64,000 nt of DNA from Oscillospiraceae bacterium (GCA_015064485.1 SVSD01000001.1:216989-280988), one strand, 5' to 3'. Positions 39,405 to 48,794 are shown, counted from the first letter of the stretch. The notes: generated from the letters alone by a model not told the origin. Numbers and translations are program-made.

Positions 39405-40856
39405 ATGAAAAAGAAGTTTTTATTTGCACTTTTCTGCGCCCTTTTCATCTGCCTTTTGTGCTTTTCCGCAAGTGCGGCGGAGCTTAATGTAAACGGAGAG
39501 ACGAAACACCTTGCGGCATATAACATAAAGGGCAACAACTACTTCAAACTCCGTGATATTGCTCATATCTTAAACGGTACAGAAGCTCAGTTTGATGTTC
39601 AGTGGGACGAAGACAGAAAAGCCATAACTCTCTTTTCCGCAACTCCCTATTCCTCAAGCGAGGTATTGAATCCCGAAACCGTTCCGAATGCTGTAGCTCT
39701 TGCGAACAATTCGCCCATCTATATGGACAAAGTTAGGATAATACTTGGCGCTTACAATATCGAAGGCAACAACTATTTCAAGCTCCGCGACCTTGCGGCA
39801 ATGCTTGATGTGGGTATAACATACGACCCTGCAACAAAAATCATCGGTATTGATACAACTGCAAAATATGAATTCCCCGATGCAGGTACCGCTTTCGGAA
39901 TCAACCCCGAATTTGTTTCGCTTGTCGGAAAGAAAGTTGACTCACTCGAGGCTAAATACGGCGAAAGAACACCTGACTTTGTCGACTATTACGGTATCGA
40001 AAGAAGTGCTAAATTTTCAAACGGAATCGATGTTTCTTATGCTTTACCCGGAACAACTAAACAGATATCCTCAGTTTCACTCCCCTTGTCTTTACTTTTC
40101 AACAATTGCCCCGAAGCCGTAACTGTTGATATGCTCAAAGGTCTCTTTATAGAATGGAAAATTATAGTGTCTGAAGGACAACAATATTTCAAAGGCAATC
40201 TTCATGGGGGAACAGTTGAAATTAATATCACAGAAGGTACTCTTACTCCCGCCTCCAAAGGCTACGTTTACGCCGATGAATACAGTAACGAATCGCTTAT
40301 GACAGAAGTAGTATATGTCGGCAGAGAATATATGAATACTGTAAACATAAAGCCCCGCTGGTATTACAGACAATTTTTGACAAATAAAGTTGCCGCAGGA
40401 GAGCTCGGCGCATACGATTACACATACAATCTTGTAGATATAACAGGCGACGGTATTGAAGAACTTCTTTGCCTTGATTATTTTATGAACAACCCCTCAA
40501 GAGTATATACAATCAGAAACGGCGAAGTTTTCTTCCTTTATCAGCTTTCTGAAAACGAACACTTCGGATATTTCTCGTCTCCCGAAAGATACGGAAATCC
40601 GATCGAATGTATTACGGAAACAATCTCCGGCGGCGATTACGGTATTGCACAGGCAAATCTTTATACTTTGACAAACGACGGCGCAAAAGTTCTTATTGCA
40701 TCATATGATTTTGTTTATAACGAAGAATACTATGCGTCCGACATATATGTCAACGGCAAAAAGCTTGAAATGTACAGCGAAGCTTATGAATATGCACAGA
40801 GAAATGCAATTTTCAACGGACATATGCAGTTCGGTATGGAATATGATGATGTATAA
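39405..40856 (+). CDS. Secreted protein with two copper-amine-oxidase-N-terminal-like (stalk) repeats and an uncharacterised C-terminal domain
   Basis: Signal peptide. Duplicated AAYNIKGNNYFKLRDIAHIL / GAYNIEGNNYFKLRDLAAML. Confidence 0.65.
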   Translation: MKKKFLFALFCALFICLLCFSASAAELNVNGETKHLAAYNIKGNNYFKLRDIAHILNGTEAQFDVQWDEDRKAITLFSATPYSSSEVLNPETVPNAVALANNSPIYMDKVRIILGAYNIEGNNYFKLRDLAAMLDVGITYDPATKIIGIDTTAKYEFPDAGTAFGINPEFVSLVGKKVDSLEAKYGERTPDFVDYYGIERSAKFSNGIDVSYALPGTTKQISSVSLPLSLLFNNCPEAVTVDMLKGLFIEWKIIVSEGQQYFKGNLHGGTVEINITEGTLTPASKGYVYADEYSNESLMTEVVYVGREYMNTVNIKPRWYYRQFLTNKVAAGELGAYDYTYNLVDITGDGIEELLCLDYFMNNPSRVYTIRNGEVFFLYQLSENEHFGYFSSPERYGNPIECITETISGGDYGIAQANLYTLTNDGAKVLIASYDFVYNEEYYASDIYVNGKKLEMYSEAYEYAQRNAIFNGHMQFGMEYDDV

Positions 40857-40882
40857 TTTATAAGTTTTAATTTTAATAAATA

Positions 40883-40918
40883 AAATAACGGAAGGATAAA
40901 ACCTTCCGTTATTTTTTA
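40883..40918. terminator. Bidirectional terminator between convergent genes
   Basis: aaataacggaagg-ataaaa-ccttccgttattt with A/T runs on both sides. Confidence 0.85.
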
Positions 40919-40922
40919 TTGT

Positions 40923-42305
40923 TTACTTCAAAAACATATGGAGTAGCTTTTCGTAAAGCTTACTCTTATACGGCTGATAGCGCATCGGAAGGTCAAGCCA
41001 GGTTTTCTTATCCATAACCGACTTGTAATGGGAAAACGCATCAAAGCCGTCTTTTCCGTGATACGAACCCATACCGCTCTCTCCGACGCCGCCGAATCCC
41101 ATCTCGCTTGTCGCAAGATGAACAACAACATCATTAATACATCCGCCGCCGTAGGAAAGCTCTTTTGTGACTCTCAAAATGTGCTTTTTGTTGCCCGAAA
41201 AAAGATAGAGTGCCAAGGGTTTATCCTTGTCCTTCAATTCATCTATCAGCTTATCAAAGCTCTCAAAAGTAAGAATGGGCATAATCGGGCCGAATATCTC
41301 CTCGCCCATAACAGCGTCGGTTTCATTTATATTATCCATAACCGTCGGCTCGATTTTACAGGTTTTGCTGTCTGAATTGCCGCCGATCACAACTTTGTTT
41401 TTATCGATCAACCCGCAAAGGCGCTCAAAATGTTTTTCGTTTATTATCTTGCCGTAATCTTTGTTTTCAAGAGGATTTTCGCCGAATTGAAGCTTTATCT
41501 GCTTTATAACTTCAGATATAAATTTTTCTTTTACAGAACTCTGGCAAAGAATATAATCCGGAGCGACACAAGTCTGACCGCAATTTAAAAATTTTCCGAA
41601 AACTATTCTTTTTGCGGCAAGGCGGATATTTGCGCTTTCGTCAACAATACACGGACTTTTTCCGCCAAGCTCAAGAACTGCGGGAGTTAAATGTTCCGCT
41701 GTATGGCAAAGAACTTCTTTTCCGACGGTCTGACTTCCCGTAAAAAATACAAAATCAAATTTCTGCTCCAAAAGCGCTTGATTTTCTTTTCGTCCGCCTG
41801 TTACAACCGCAACATATTCGGGAGAAAAACATTCTTTGATTATTTTTTCAATTATACTGCTTGTTGCCGGAGAATAGGCGCTGGGTTTCACTATTGCGGT
41901 ATTTCCTGCGGCGATCGCATCTGCAAGAGGGTCGATCGTTAAAAGAAAAGGATAGTTCCAGGGACTCATAATAAGAGTATTTCCGTACGGAACAGGCTGT
42001 TTGTAGCTGTGAGATGCAAAATTTGTGATAGGAGTTGCAACCGTCTTTCTTTTTGCAAATTTTCTTGTATGGCGTATCATATACGATATTTCAGACAAAA
42101 CAAGCCCCGTTTCACACATAAAGCCCTCGTAATGGCTTTTTCCGAGATCTTTTTTAAGGGCATCATTTACTTCGTTTTCATATTTTCTGACGGCGGCATA
42201 TAATTTTTTCAATTGTTCTATACGGAATTTAACCGGAATTGTAACGCCGCTTTTGTAATAACTCTTCTGTTTTTCAAGTAAAGATGCTATCTGCTCTCCT
42301 GTCAT
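40923..42305 (-). CDS. NAD(P)-dependent aldehyde dehydrogenase (class-3-like)
   Basis: VLELGGKSP and FLNCGQTCVAPDY catalytic Cys context; EEIFGP. Start trimmed to MTGEQIAS (ATG 42303-42305), 1 nt after the adh stop. Confidence 0.85.
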   Translation of the reverse strand: MTGEQIASLLEKQKSYYKSGVTIPVKFRIEQLKKLYAAVRKYENEVNDALKKDLGKSHYEGFMCETGLVLSEISYMIRHTRKFAKRKTVATPITNFASHSYKQPVPYGNTLIMSPWNYPFLLTIDPLADAIAAGNTAIVKPSAYSPATSSIIEKIIKECFSPEYVAVVTGGRKENQALLEQKFDFVFFTGSQTVGKEVLCHTAEHLTPAVLELGGKSPCIVDESANIRLAAKRIVFGKFLNCGQTCVAPDYILCQSSVKEKFISEVIKQIKLQFGENPLENKDYGKIINEKHFERLCGLIDKNKVVIGGNSDSKTCKIEPTVMDNINETDAVMGEEIFGPIMPILTFESFDKLIDELKDKDKPLALYLFSGNKKHILRVTKELSYGGGCINDVVVHLATSEMGFGGVGESGMGSYHGKDGFDAFSHYKSVMDKKTWLDLPMRYQPYKSKLYEKLLHMFLK

Positions 42306-42306
42306 A

Positions 42307-43515
42307 TCACCAGCTCCAATCTGCAACATTATAATAAAATATTTCAAGCTCTTTTGCCGTCATAAGCTTAGGTACGGGATAAAGCGGATTTGCCTCGGCT
42401 TCTGCGTGTTTTGCCATCGTCGGAATATCTTTTTCCTCTATACCCTCAAGTTTTGCGGGTATTCCCATATCCGAATTGAGATTTTTTATCGCCTTTATAA
42501 ATTTCAAAGCGCCTTCTTTACACGAATCGTTTTTATCGCAAACACCTGCCGCGATACCAAGCCTATAAAGCTTATTATATACGCTTTTGCCGTATGATTC
42601 AAGTACATATGGCATAATAACCGTATTTGCAAGACCGTGCGGAGTTCCGTATTGTCCTCCGAGCGAATGGGCAACCGCATGTATATATCCGACATAAGAT
42701 TTTGAAAACGCAATTCCCGCTTTATATGCGGCATGAAGCATATTTTTTCGTGCCTCATAATTATTCCCGTCGGAATATGCACATTTTATATTATCAAAAA
42801 TAAGCTTTGTCGCTTCAAGTGCGAGCGCTCTTGTCTGTTTTGTAGTAGAACGGCCGATATATGCCTCTACCGCATGGGTGAGTGCATCCATACCTGTTGT
42901 GGAAGTGAGATGCGGAGGCAGTGAATATGTGAGCTTTGCATCTAAAACCGCATAATGCGGAATCAAAGGAAAGCTCATAAGTGCATATTTATGATGCTTT
43001 TCACTGTCAGTTATTATTGAAACAGGTGTAACCTCGCTTCCTGTTCCTGCAGTTGTCGGAATTGCAATAAGTGTGGGGAGTTTTTTTAGTATTCTCATAA
43101 CGCCCTTCATTTTGCCGACTGCTCTTTTCGGGTATGCTGCCCTTGCGCCAACCGCCTTTGCACAGTCCATCGAAGAACCTCCGCCGATTGCAATAAGACA
43201 TTTGCAGTTGTTTTTCCTATAGACAGAAAACGCCTCCTCAACATTCATAACAGTAGGGTTTGGCTGTGTTTTATCATATATACTGTATCTTATATTGCTT
43301 TTTCTTAACGCTTCTTCAACAGGAGAAACAAGACCGCAATTCATAATACCTTTGTCTGTCACAATAAGAACAGACTTTATATTTTTGCTTCTTAAAACAT
43401 TTCCGATCTCCGAACACGAATTTATGATTTCGGGCTCTCTGTACGGTAAAACGGGCAAAGCTATCCGAAACGCCGTCTGAAAAATACGGCAATAAGCCGA
43501 TTTAATAAAAAACAT
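42307..43515 (-). CDS. Iron-containing alcohol dehydrogenase
   Basis: IAIGGGSSMDCAKA...GTGSEVT...HAVAHSLGG pattern. Confidence 0.85.
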   Translation of the reverse strand: MFFIKSAYCRIFQTAFRIALPVLPYREPEIINSCSEIGNVLRSKNIKSVLIVTDKGIMNCGLVSPVEEALRKSNIRYSIYDKTQPNPTVMNVEEAFSVYRKNNCKCLIAIGGGSSMDCAKAVGARAAYPKRAVGKMKGVMRILKKLPTLIAIPTTAGTGSEVTPVSIITDSEKHHKYALMSFPLIPHYAVLDAKLTYSLPPHLTSTTGMDALTHAVEAYIGRSTTKQTRALALEATKLIFDNIKCAYSDGNNYEARKNMLHAAYKAGIAFSKSYVGYIHAVAHSLGGQYGTPHGLANTVIMPYVLESYGKSVYNKLYRLGIAAGVCDKNDSCKEGALKFIKAIKNLNSDMGIPAKLEGIEEKDIPTMAKHAEAEANPLYPVPKLMTAKELEIFYYNVADWSW

Positions 43516-43558
43516 AGATACTATCCTTTCTTAAAACAATGCAAAGAATTGATCGCGT

Positions 43559-43573
43559 AGCACACCGTGTGCT
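43559..43573. promoter_or_regulatory. Palindromic operator candidate, copy 1 (AGCACAC-C-GTGTGCT)
   Basis: 7-1-7 inverted repeat about 44 nt upstream of the adh ATG, identical to copy 2. Confidence 0.55.
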
Positions 43574-43604
43574 GTAAAAATCGAAAGCGGATTTTTCCGC
43601 GTTC

Positions 43605-43619
43605 AGCACACCGTGTGCT
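43605..43619. promoter_or_regulatory. Palindromic operator candidate, copy 2 (AGCACAC-C-GTGTGCT)
   Basis: An identical 15-mer 46 bp from copy 1, starting 5 nt downstream of the -10 box (TSS region). Confidence 0.55.
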
Positions 43620-43624
43620 AAAAT

Positions 43625-43653
43625 ATATTAACATATTTTCCCCGAAATGTCAA
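43625..43653 (-). promoter_or_regulatory. Promoter of the adh-aldh operon
   Basis: The minus strand reads TTGACA-tttcggggaaaatatgt(17)-TAATAT. Confidence 0.6.
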
Positions 43654-43683
43654 TAGAAAATGATAAACAACGATCCGGAGAGC

Positions 43684-43712
43684 AAACAAAAAAGCTATTC
43701 TTTCGAATAGCC
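43684..43712 (-). terminator. Terminator of the metallophosphoesterase gene
   Basis: gctattc-tttc-gaatagc, followed by TTTTTT on the minus strand. Confidence 0.75.
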
Positions 43713-43724
43713 TTTTTGTTTATG

Positions 43725-45515
43725 TCAATCTAAATTTACAAATTCCGAAACCATAAGCGGTATAATATTTGCAAGACCGTCCCATACAAATACTTTTAAA
43801 GTGTCCGCTTCTTCTGATATAGTAAAGTTTTTTGTTCCCTTTTCGGAGCTTGAAATAACCTTGGGGATATTTACAAATTTTTCATCAAGATAAGCCGCAA
43901 CAATGATAACGGCGTCCTTTCCGATGTCATTTACGGTTATTTCGCAGTCTATGCCGCTTTGAGTTTTATCGGCTTTAAGCTCAACACCTTTTTGGTATTC
44001 GTAGATGTGGAAATACGCGGGGGTAGATTCATATCCATATCCGTTTATCAATAATCTGCTGCTGTTAAAGTTGAGCGCATAGTCTTCACCGGCAAATATG
44101 TAACAACCATTTTCTCCCTTAATTTCGAATTCAGTTGCCGTGTTATCGAGCGTTGCTGTTATTTTATAATTTGATGTGCTTGTCAGTTTAACATACTTTC
44201 CATCACTTTCAAGAGTCCAACCGTAATTTGTTTTATTTAAAGTCCAGAGTTTGCTTTTGTAATCACCCGTTACGATGTTTTTGTCAAAAGCGGAAGTCGA
44301 TTCCAGATCAAAACCTTTGCGGCTATTTTCACTCTTTTCTTTAGGAAGCATTATATAATCAGGATCGGAATCATAATATATCAAAAGGTACTGCCCACCG
44401 TCCTTCAAATTGTCAAGAGAAGTAACTTTTACATATTTCTCAGACGGTAAAAGCTGGGGGCGTTCTATTATATTTTCGATAGGGGTTGTATCTGTTACGC
44501 TTGTTAAATTTACAGTTCTCGGAGAGGTGTAAACGGTTGTGTTCGGGGAATATGCGCTCTCGTATTGATAGTCATTTCTGACACCTGCCGATTTTAAGTT
44601 GTGTTTGCCGTTCTGGTCGTAACGGGCAATTACAAGCTCTTTATCGGTAAATTCGAAGGATGTTACGGTAAGCGCAGTGTCAACACCGCTGTTTACCCCT
44701 GTGTAATAACCGACATAGCCGGCGTTCATATATGTAAAATTGAGCGTTTCTTCTTTAAATTCTGTCTGACTGTTCTGGGCAATCAGTATCTTATCGCCCT
44801 TTTCAAGGTAAATTGCCGCACCGCCGAGATAATCGTCCCAGCCGTTTGAATGGTCGTGACCGAAAAGATAGACAATATTTAATCCCTTTGCGCCTGCTTC
44901 ATTGAGAACATCAAAAATATAATTTGCATGCTTTCCGTCGCCATCATATTTAGTTCTCATATTATAATTAAGAGCAAGATGCGATACGATAAAAATCGGG
45001 TTATCGTAACCGTTTCTTATTTTTTTGTTCAGGTAATCAATAAGGTTCTGTGCAGTATTTTTTATTGTTTCCTCGTCGCTGTTGTACCACATATAATCAT
45101 CTTCATTGATTACAAAAACGCCGTATTTGCCGCTTGCGGGATCATTATTTCCGCTTTCGCTTATACCGTCGGTTCCGACAGCCGAATCGTGATTACCCTG
45201 TACAAACACCATATCAGTATCAACGATACTTTTGACAGTTTCTTTTACGGTATCAATACCTTGTTTGGTTTCAGCATATTCATAATCGTAATCGCCGCAG
45301 CAAAGAAAACCGTCGGCACTTGTTATTCCTTCATTTTTTAAAGAATTCACCAATCCTTCAAGCACGGTTTTTCCTGAAGTATTTCCGTCTTTGGGCTGAA
45401 AATCGGAGCAGGCGATTACTACAGTTTTATCTTCTGCAAAAATCGTTCCTGTAAAGCATATACCCATCAAAACGGATACTGTTAAAATGACTGCCAATAC
45501 CTTTTTCAAAACCAT
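43725..45515 (-). CDS. Secreted calcineurin-like metallophosphoesterase with a large C-terminal beta-rich extension
   Basis: Signal peptide MVLKKVLAVILTVSVLMGICFTGTIFA. Motifs ACSDFQ, GDYDY, VQGNHD and GHDHSNGW. Start trimmed to ATG 45513-45515. Confidence 0.75.
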   Translation of the reverse strand: MVLKKVLAVILTVSVLMGICFTGTIFAEDKTVVIACSDFQPKDGNTSGKTVLEGLVNSLKNEGITSADGFLCCGDYDYEYAETKQGIDTVKETVKSIVDTDMVFVQGNHDSAVGTDGISESGNNDPASGKYGVFVINEDDYMWYNSDEETIKNTAQNLIDYLNKKIRNGYDNPIFIVSHLALNYNMRTKYDGDGKHANYIFDVLNEAGAKGLNIVYLFGHDHSNGWDDYLGGAAIYLEKGDKILIAQNSQTEFKEETLNFTYMNAGYVGYYTGVNSGVDTALTVTSFEFTDKELVIARYDQNGKHNLKSAGVRNDYQYESAYSPNTTVYTSPRTVNLTSVTDTTPIENIIERPQLLPSEKYVKVTSLDNLKDGGQYLLIYYDSDPDYIMLPKEKSENSRKGFDLESTSAFDKNIVTGDYKSKLWTLNKTNYGWTLESDGKYVKLTSTSNYKITATLDNTATEFEIKGENGCYIFAGEDYALNFNSSRLLINGYGYESTPAYFHIYEYQKGVELKADKTQSGIDCEITVNDIGKDAVIIVAAYLDEKFVNIPKVISSSEKGTKNFTISEEADTLKVFVWDGLANIIPLMVSEFVNLD

Positions 45516-45714
45516 TCCACCTTTTTTACAACACTTTGTTTTAAATATATTATAGCAAAAAACAAAATAGCTGTCAATCATAAGTATATAAAAAAGCTTT
45601 TGGGGCAACGCTTATTTTTTCCTCTTCACTGTTCCTCGTTTTACCTTACACACAAAAAGTGTTTGAATTTAAACTTTTATGTATACAGCCATAGTTTGTT
45701 TTTAATAATACATA

Positions 45715-45948
45715 TTAAAAATCATGACGAACACCGAAATCGATATCGTTCCTGTCAAATACACATACTATTTTTTCTAAGGCTTCAAAATCAGAATAGT
45801 TGTCGTTACATATTATACTTTGTATCTCTCGCAACATACTGATTGCAACAGTATCAGCGATTTCAGATGCATCTATTTCAAATTCTTCTAAATTACTATC
45901 TATGAAATCAAAAATATACATTTTCAACAATTCAAGTTTTATATCCAT
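45715..45948 (-). CDS. Hypothetical small acidic protein (77 aa)
   Basis: Strong RBS (AAGGAG 6 nt upstream of the ATG). Divergent from the XRE gene. No family recognised. Confidence 0.5.
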   Translation of the reverse strand: MDIKLELLKMYIFDFIDSNLEEFEIDASEIADTVAISMLREIQSIICNDNYSDFEALEKIVCVFDRNDIDFGVRHDF

Positions 45949-45990
45949 ATTTTTCTCCTTTGATGTGATGTTACATATCGTACCATAATT

Positions 45991-46011
45991 ATTGTAACAA
46001 ATCGTTACAAT
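45991..46011. promoter_or_regulatory. Inverted repeat in the divergent XRE promoter region (candidate operator)
   Basis: ATTGTAAC-aaatc-GTTACAAT, about 20 nt upstream of the XRE start. Confidence 0.5.
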
Positions 46012-46030
46012 TATGTCAAGGAGTGATTTT

Positions 46031-46234
46031 ATGAAAGGATTAAAACAAATCAGAAAAGAGCGTAATCTGAATCAGTTAAAAGTTGCTATGGATTTGAATA
46101 TATCCCGCGAAGCCCTTTCACATTACGAAAACGGAAAAAGAGAACCAAGCCTTGATATGTTAAACAAGATGTCGGAATATTTTAATGTTTCTATAGATTA
46201 TTTGATAAACGGCGAAGAATTTAGTAAAAAATAA
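46031..46234 (+). CDS. XRE-family helix-turn-helix transcriptional regulator (67 aa)
   Basis: LKQIRKERNLNQLKVAMDLNISREALSHYENGKREPSLDMLNKMSEYFNVSIDYLI. Start set at ATG 46031, preceded by AAGGAG. Confidence 0.85.
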   Translation: MKGLKQIRKERNLNQLKVAMDLNISREALSHYENGKREPSLDMLNKMSEYFNVSIDYLINGEEFSKK

Positions 46235-46265
46235 GGGGATGTAATTTTTTACATCTCCTTTTTTG
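46233..46265 (+). terminator. Terminator after the XRE gene
   Basis: ggggatgta / tacatctcc stem (one G-U pair) followed by TTTTTT. Confidence 0.7.
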
Positions 46266-46661
46266 TAATACGAAACCTGCGCGATAGTCGCGTGGTTCAA
46301 AAAAGGTTAACCGATGAACAGAATAACAATATAAGCATAGGTATGGTTAACTGTACAATACAAATGAGAAATTTAGTAGAAATTATTAATGGGAAAAGCC
46401 GCGTCAGATTGTCAAGCCTGTTATTTTACCACAGGATTTATCAAGAAAATTACTTTTGAAAACCCCTTTATGGGTAGCAAGTAACGGTTGCACGGCCGGT
46501 AGGACAATAAAAAACGCACTTGTGCGTGCCGGTAAAAGGGTAGGGCTATGCCCGAAAATGAAAAATCATCCGCTATGCGGGTGGTTATTTATTCGGCAAA
46601 TCAGAATTATAAAAATTTCTGTGCATTTAACGAATGTTGAATGATGAAAAATGAATAATAC

Positions 46662-46697
46662 AAAACAAAAAATCCTATCTTTCGACAGGATTTTTGT
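46662..46697 (-). terminator. Terminator downstream of tRNA-Arg (usable in both directions)
   Basis: atcctgtc-gaaa-gataggat on the minus strand (one G-U pair), with U runs on both sides. Confidence 0.7.
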
Positions 46698-46699
46698 TT

Positions 46700-46776
46700 T
46701 GGCTCGCCCTACAGGAATCGAACCTGCAACCAACGGAATCGGAATCCGGTACTCTATCCAATTGAGCTAAGGGCGA
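46700..46776 (-). tRNA. tRNA-Arg (anticodon CCG), CCA encoded
   Basis: Hand-folded. Acceptor TCGCCCT/AGGGCGA, D-arm GCTC-AATTGGATA-GAGT (the Arg-typical AGCTCAATTGGATAGAG), anticodon loop TT-CCG-AT, T-arm GCAGG-TTCGATT-CCTGT, discriminator G, then CCA. There is a C27-U43 mismatch and a U1-A72 pair. Confidence 0.8.
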
Positions 46777-46784
46777 ATATATAT

Positions 46785-46808
46785 GCGAAGGAGAAAACTC
46801 TCCTTCGC
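46785..46808 (-). terminator. Hairpin after rny
   Basis: Perfect 10-bp stem gcgaaggaga / tctccttcgc, 15 nt after the rny stop. The U-tract is weak. Confidence 0.55.
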
Positions 46809-46823
46809 AATTATATACAAATA

Positions 46824-48377
46824 TTATTTTGCGTATTCCACTCTGCGGCTTTCGCGGATGAGGTTTACTTTTATCTGTCCCGGATATTCCATTTCGCTTT
46901 CGATTCGCTTTACGATATCGCGGGCAAGGAATACCATCTGATCCTCGTTAACCTCCTCGGGCTTAACCATAATGCGGATCTCTCGGCCCGCCTGAATGGC
47001 ATAACATTTATCAACGCCGTCAAAATCTGTTGCGATTTCTTCAAGCTTCTGAAGACGCTTGATGTAAGATTCGAGATTTTCTCTTCTTGCGCCGGGACGA
47101 GCTGCGGAAACCGCATCCGCCGCCTGAACAAGCATAGCGACAACAGTCTGAGGTTCGACATCACCGTGATGTGCCTCGATTGCATGGATAACATCTTTAT
47201 TTTCGTGATACTTTTTACAAATATCAACGCCTATCTGAACATGAGAGCCTTCAACATCATGAGTCATCGCCTTACCGATGTCGTGAAGAAGTCCGGCACG
47301 CTTTGCAAGCATCGGATCAACTCCGAGCTCTTCTGCCATCATACCTGCTATATGAGATACTTCGATGGAATGAATAAGTACATTCTGACCGTAACTTGTA
47401 CGGTAACGAAGTCTTCCGAGCAATTTGATAAGTTCGGGATTAAGGCCGTGTATACCTGTTTCAAAGGTGGCCTGTTCGCCCGACTGTTTGATAATGGTTT
47501 CAACCTCGCGGCGGCACTTTTCAACCATCTCTTCGATATGAGCAGGATGAATTCTGCCGTCGGCAATAAGTCTTTCGAGCGAAAGACGGGCAATCTCTCG
47601 TCTGACAGGGTCAAAGCAAGAAACTGTGATCGCCTCGGGTGTATCGTCAATAATAAGGTCAACGCCTGTCAAAGTTTCGATAGCACGGATATTTCTTCCT
47701 TCTCGTCCGATAATTCTTCCCTTCATTTCATCGTTGGGAAGATCAACCGCAGAAACGGTAGTTTCGGAAACTTGGTCGGAAGCACAGCGCTGAATAGCAA
47801 GAGAAATAATATTTCTTGCCTTTTCTTCCGCTTCTTCCTTTGTCTGCTGTTCGATCTCGGCGATCTTCATAGCAGCCTCATGGCGCACTTCGGATTCGAT
47901 CTGTGAAAGCAGATATTCCTTTGCGGTTTCGGCTGTAAAGCCCGAAATTTCTTCAAGCTTTGCGATCTGCTGAGCTTTTACCTCTTCGACTTCGGCGATT
48001 TTGCCTTCGTATTCTTTAAATTTCTGATTGAAGTTTTCTTCTTTCTTTTCGCACGACTCTATTTTTTTGTCGAGCGTTTCTTCTTTTTGCTGAGCGCGCT
48101 TTTCAAGACGGGCAATTTCGGCTCTGCGTTCTTTGGCTTCGAGTTCTGCTTCTTTCTTGTTGCGAAGAATTTCTTCTTTAGCCTCGATAAGCATTTCTTT
48201 TTTCTTGGTTTCGCCTGTCTTTAAAGCTTCATCTATAATGCGTTTTGCTTCGGTATCGGCATTTCTTATTGTTTCTTCAGCCTTTTTAGCGGCAATTTTG
48301 CGGATAAGAAAACCCAGGAAGATACCGATTATAATGCAAACAACGCCTGTGATGGCAGCAATTATAATTTTGTCCAA
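46824..48377 (-). CDS. rny: Ribonuclease Y
   Basis: N-terminal TM, coiled-coil, KH domain ([12 protein letters not shown]) and HD domain (LLHDIGKA). Confidence 0.97.
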   Translation of the reverse strand: MDKIIIAAITGVVCIIIGIFLGFLIRKIAAKKAEETIRNADTEAKRIIDEALKTGETKKKEMLIEAKEEILRNKKEAELEAKERRAEIARLEKRAQQKEETLDKKIESCEKKEENFNQKFKEYEGKIAEVEEVKAQQIAKLEEISGFTAETAKEYLLSQIESEVRHEAAMKIAEIEQQTKEEAEEKARNIISLAIQRCASDQVSETTVSAVDLPNDEMKGRIIGREGRNIRAIETLTGVDLIIDDTPEAITVSCFDPVRREIARLSLERLIADGRIHPAHIEEMVEKCRREVETIIKQSGEQATFETGIHGLNPELIKLLGRLRYRTSYGQNVLIHSIEVSHIAGMMAEELGVDPMLAKRAGLLHDIGKAMTHDVEGSHVQIGVDICKKYHENKDVIHAIEAHHGDVEPQTVVAMLVQAADAVSAARPGARRENLESYIKRLQKLEEIATDFDGVDKCYAIQAGREIRIMVKPEEVNEDQMVFLARDIVKRIESEMEYPGQIKVNLIRESRRVEYAK

Positions 48378-48794
48378 TCAAAGCACCTCCTTTTGATTAA
48401 TAGTTAATATATCGTAATATTGATACAACTATAAAAAAACAAGTGCTTATGATACTCGCACATAAATATTCAATTGTAACAAAACAGATCTATTTCATAC
48501 TGACGCCCAAACGACCCGGCGGCAGCTATTAAAACCTTAAATTTTACAAATCTATTTGTATGGAGCAAAATAAGCGCATGGCTTTTATATATATCATCTC
48601 GCACCACATAAAAACACTTTCTCATTTTTACACAATGCGATACATATATTTTATACGGAAAATGCCCTTGTGTCAAGGGTTTTGGTCATAAAATTTATAA
48701 TTTATCATTATTTTATTCATTTTTCACATAATCAAGCCTTTATATTGAAAAAAATTTTTAATATTTTCCGTAAAAAGCGGCGGATTTTGCTTTT

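Noticed and set aside
43559-43619. The twin palindromes might have been HrcA CIRCE elements or Rex boxes.
   Set aside because: CIRCE has a 9-nt spacer between TTAGCACTC arms and precedes chaperone genes, whereas here the spacer is 1 nt and the operon is adh/aldh. The Rex consensus, as I recall it, has different half-sites. They are kept as an unassigned operator instead.
45600-46700. A prophage or integrative element inserted at tRNA-Arg.
   Set aside because: No integrase, recombinase or structural gene is present, and I found no direct repeat of the tRNA 3' end in the flanking kilobases. Only a two-gene XRE module is there, so it is reported as a possible remnant only.
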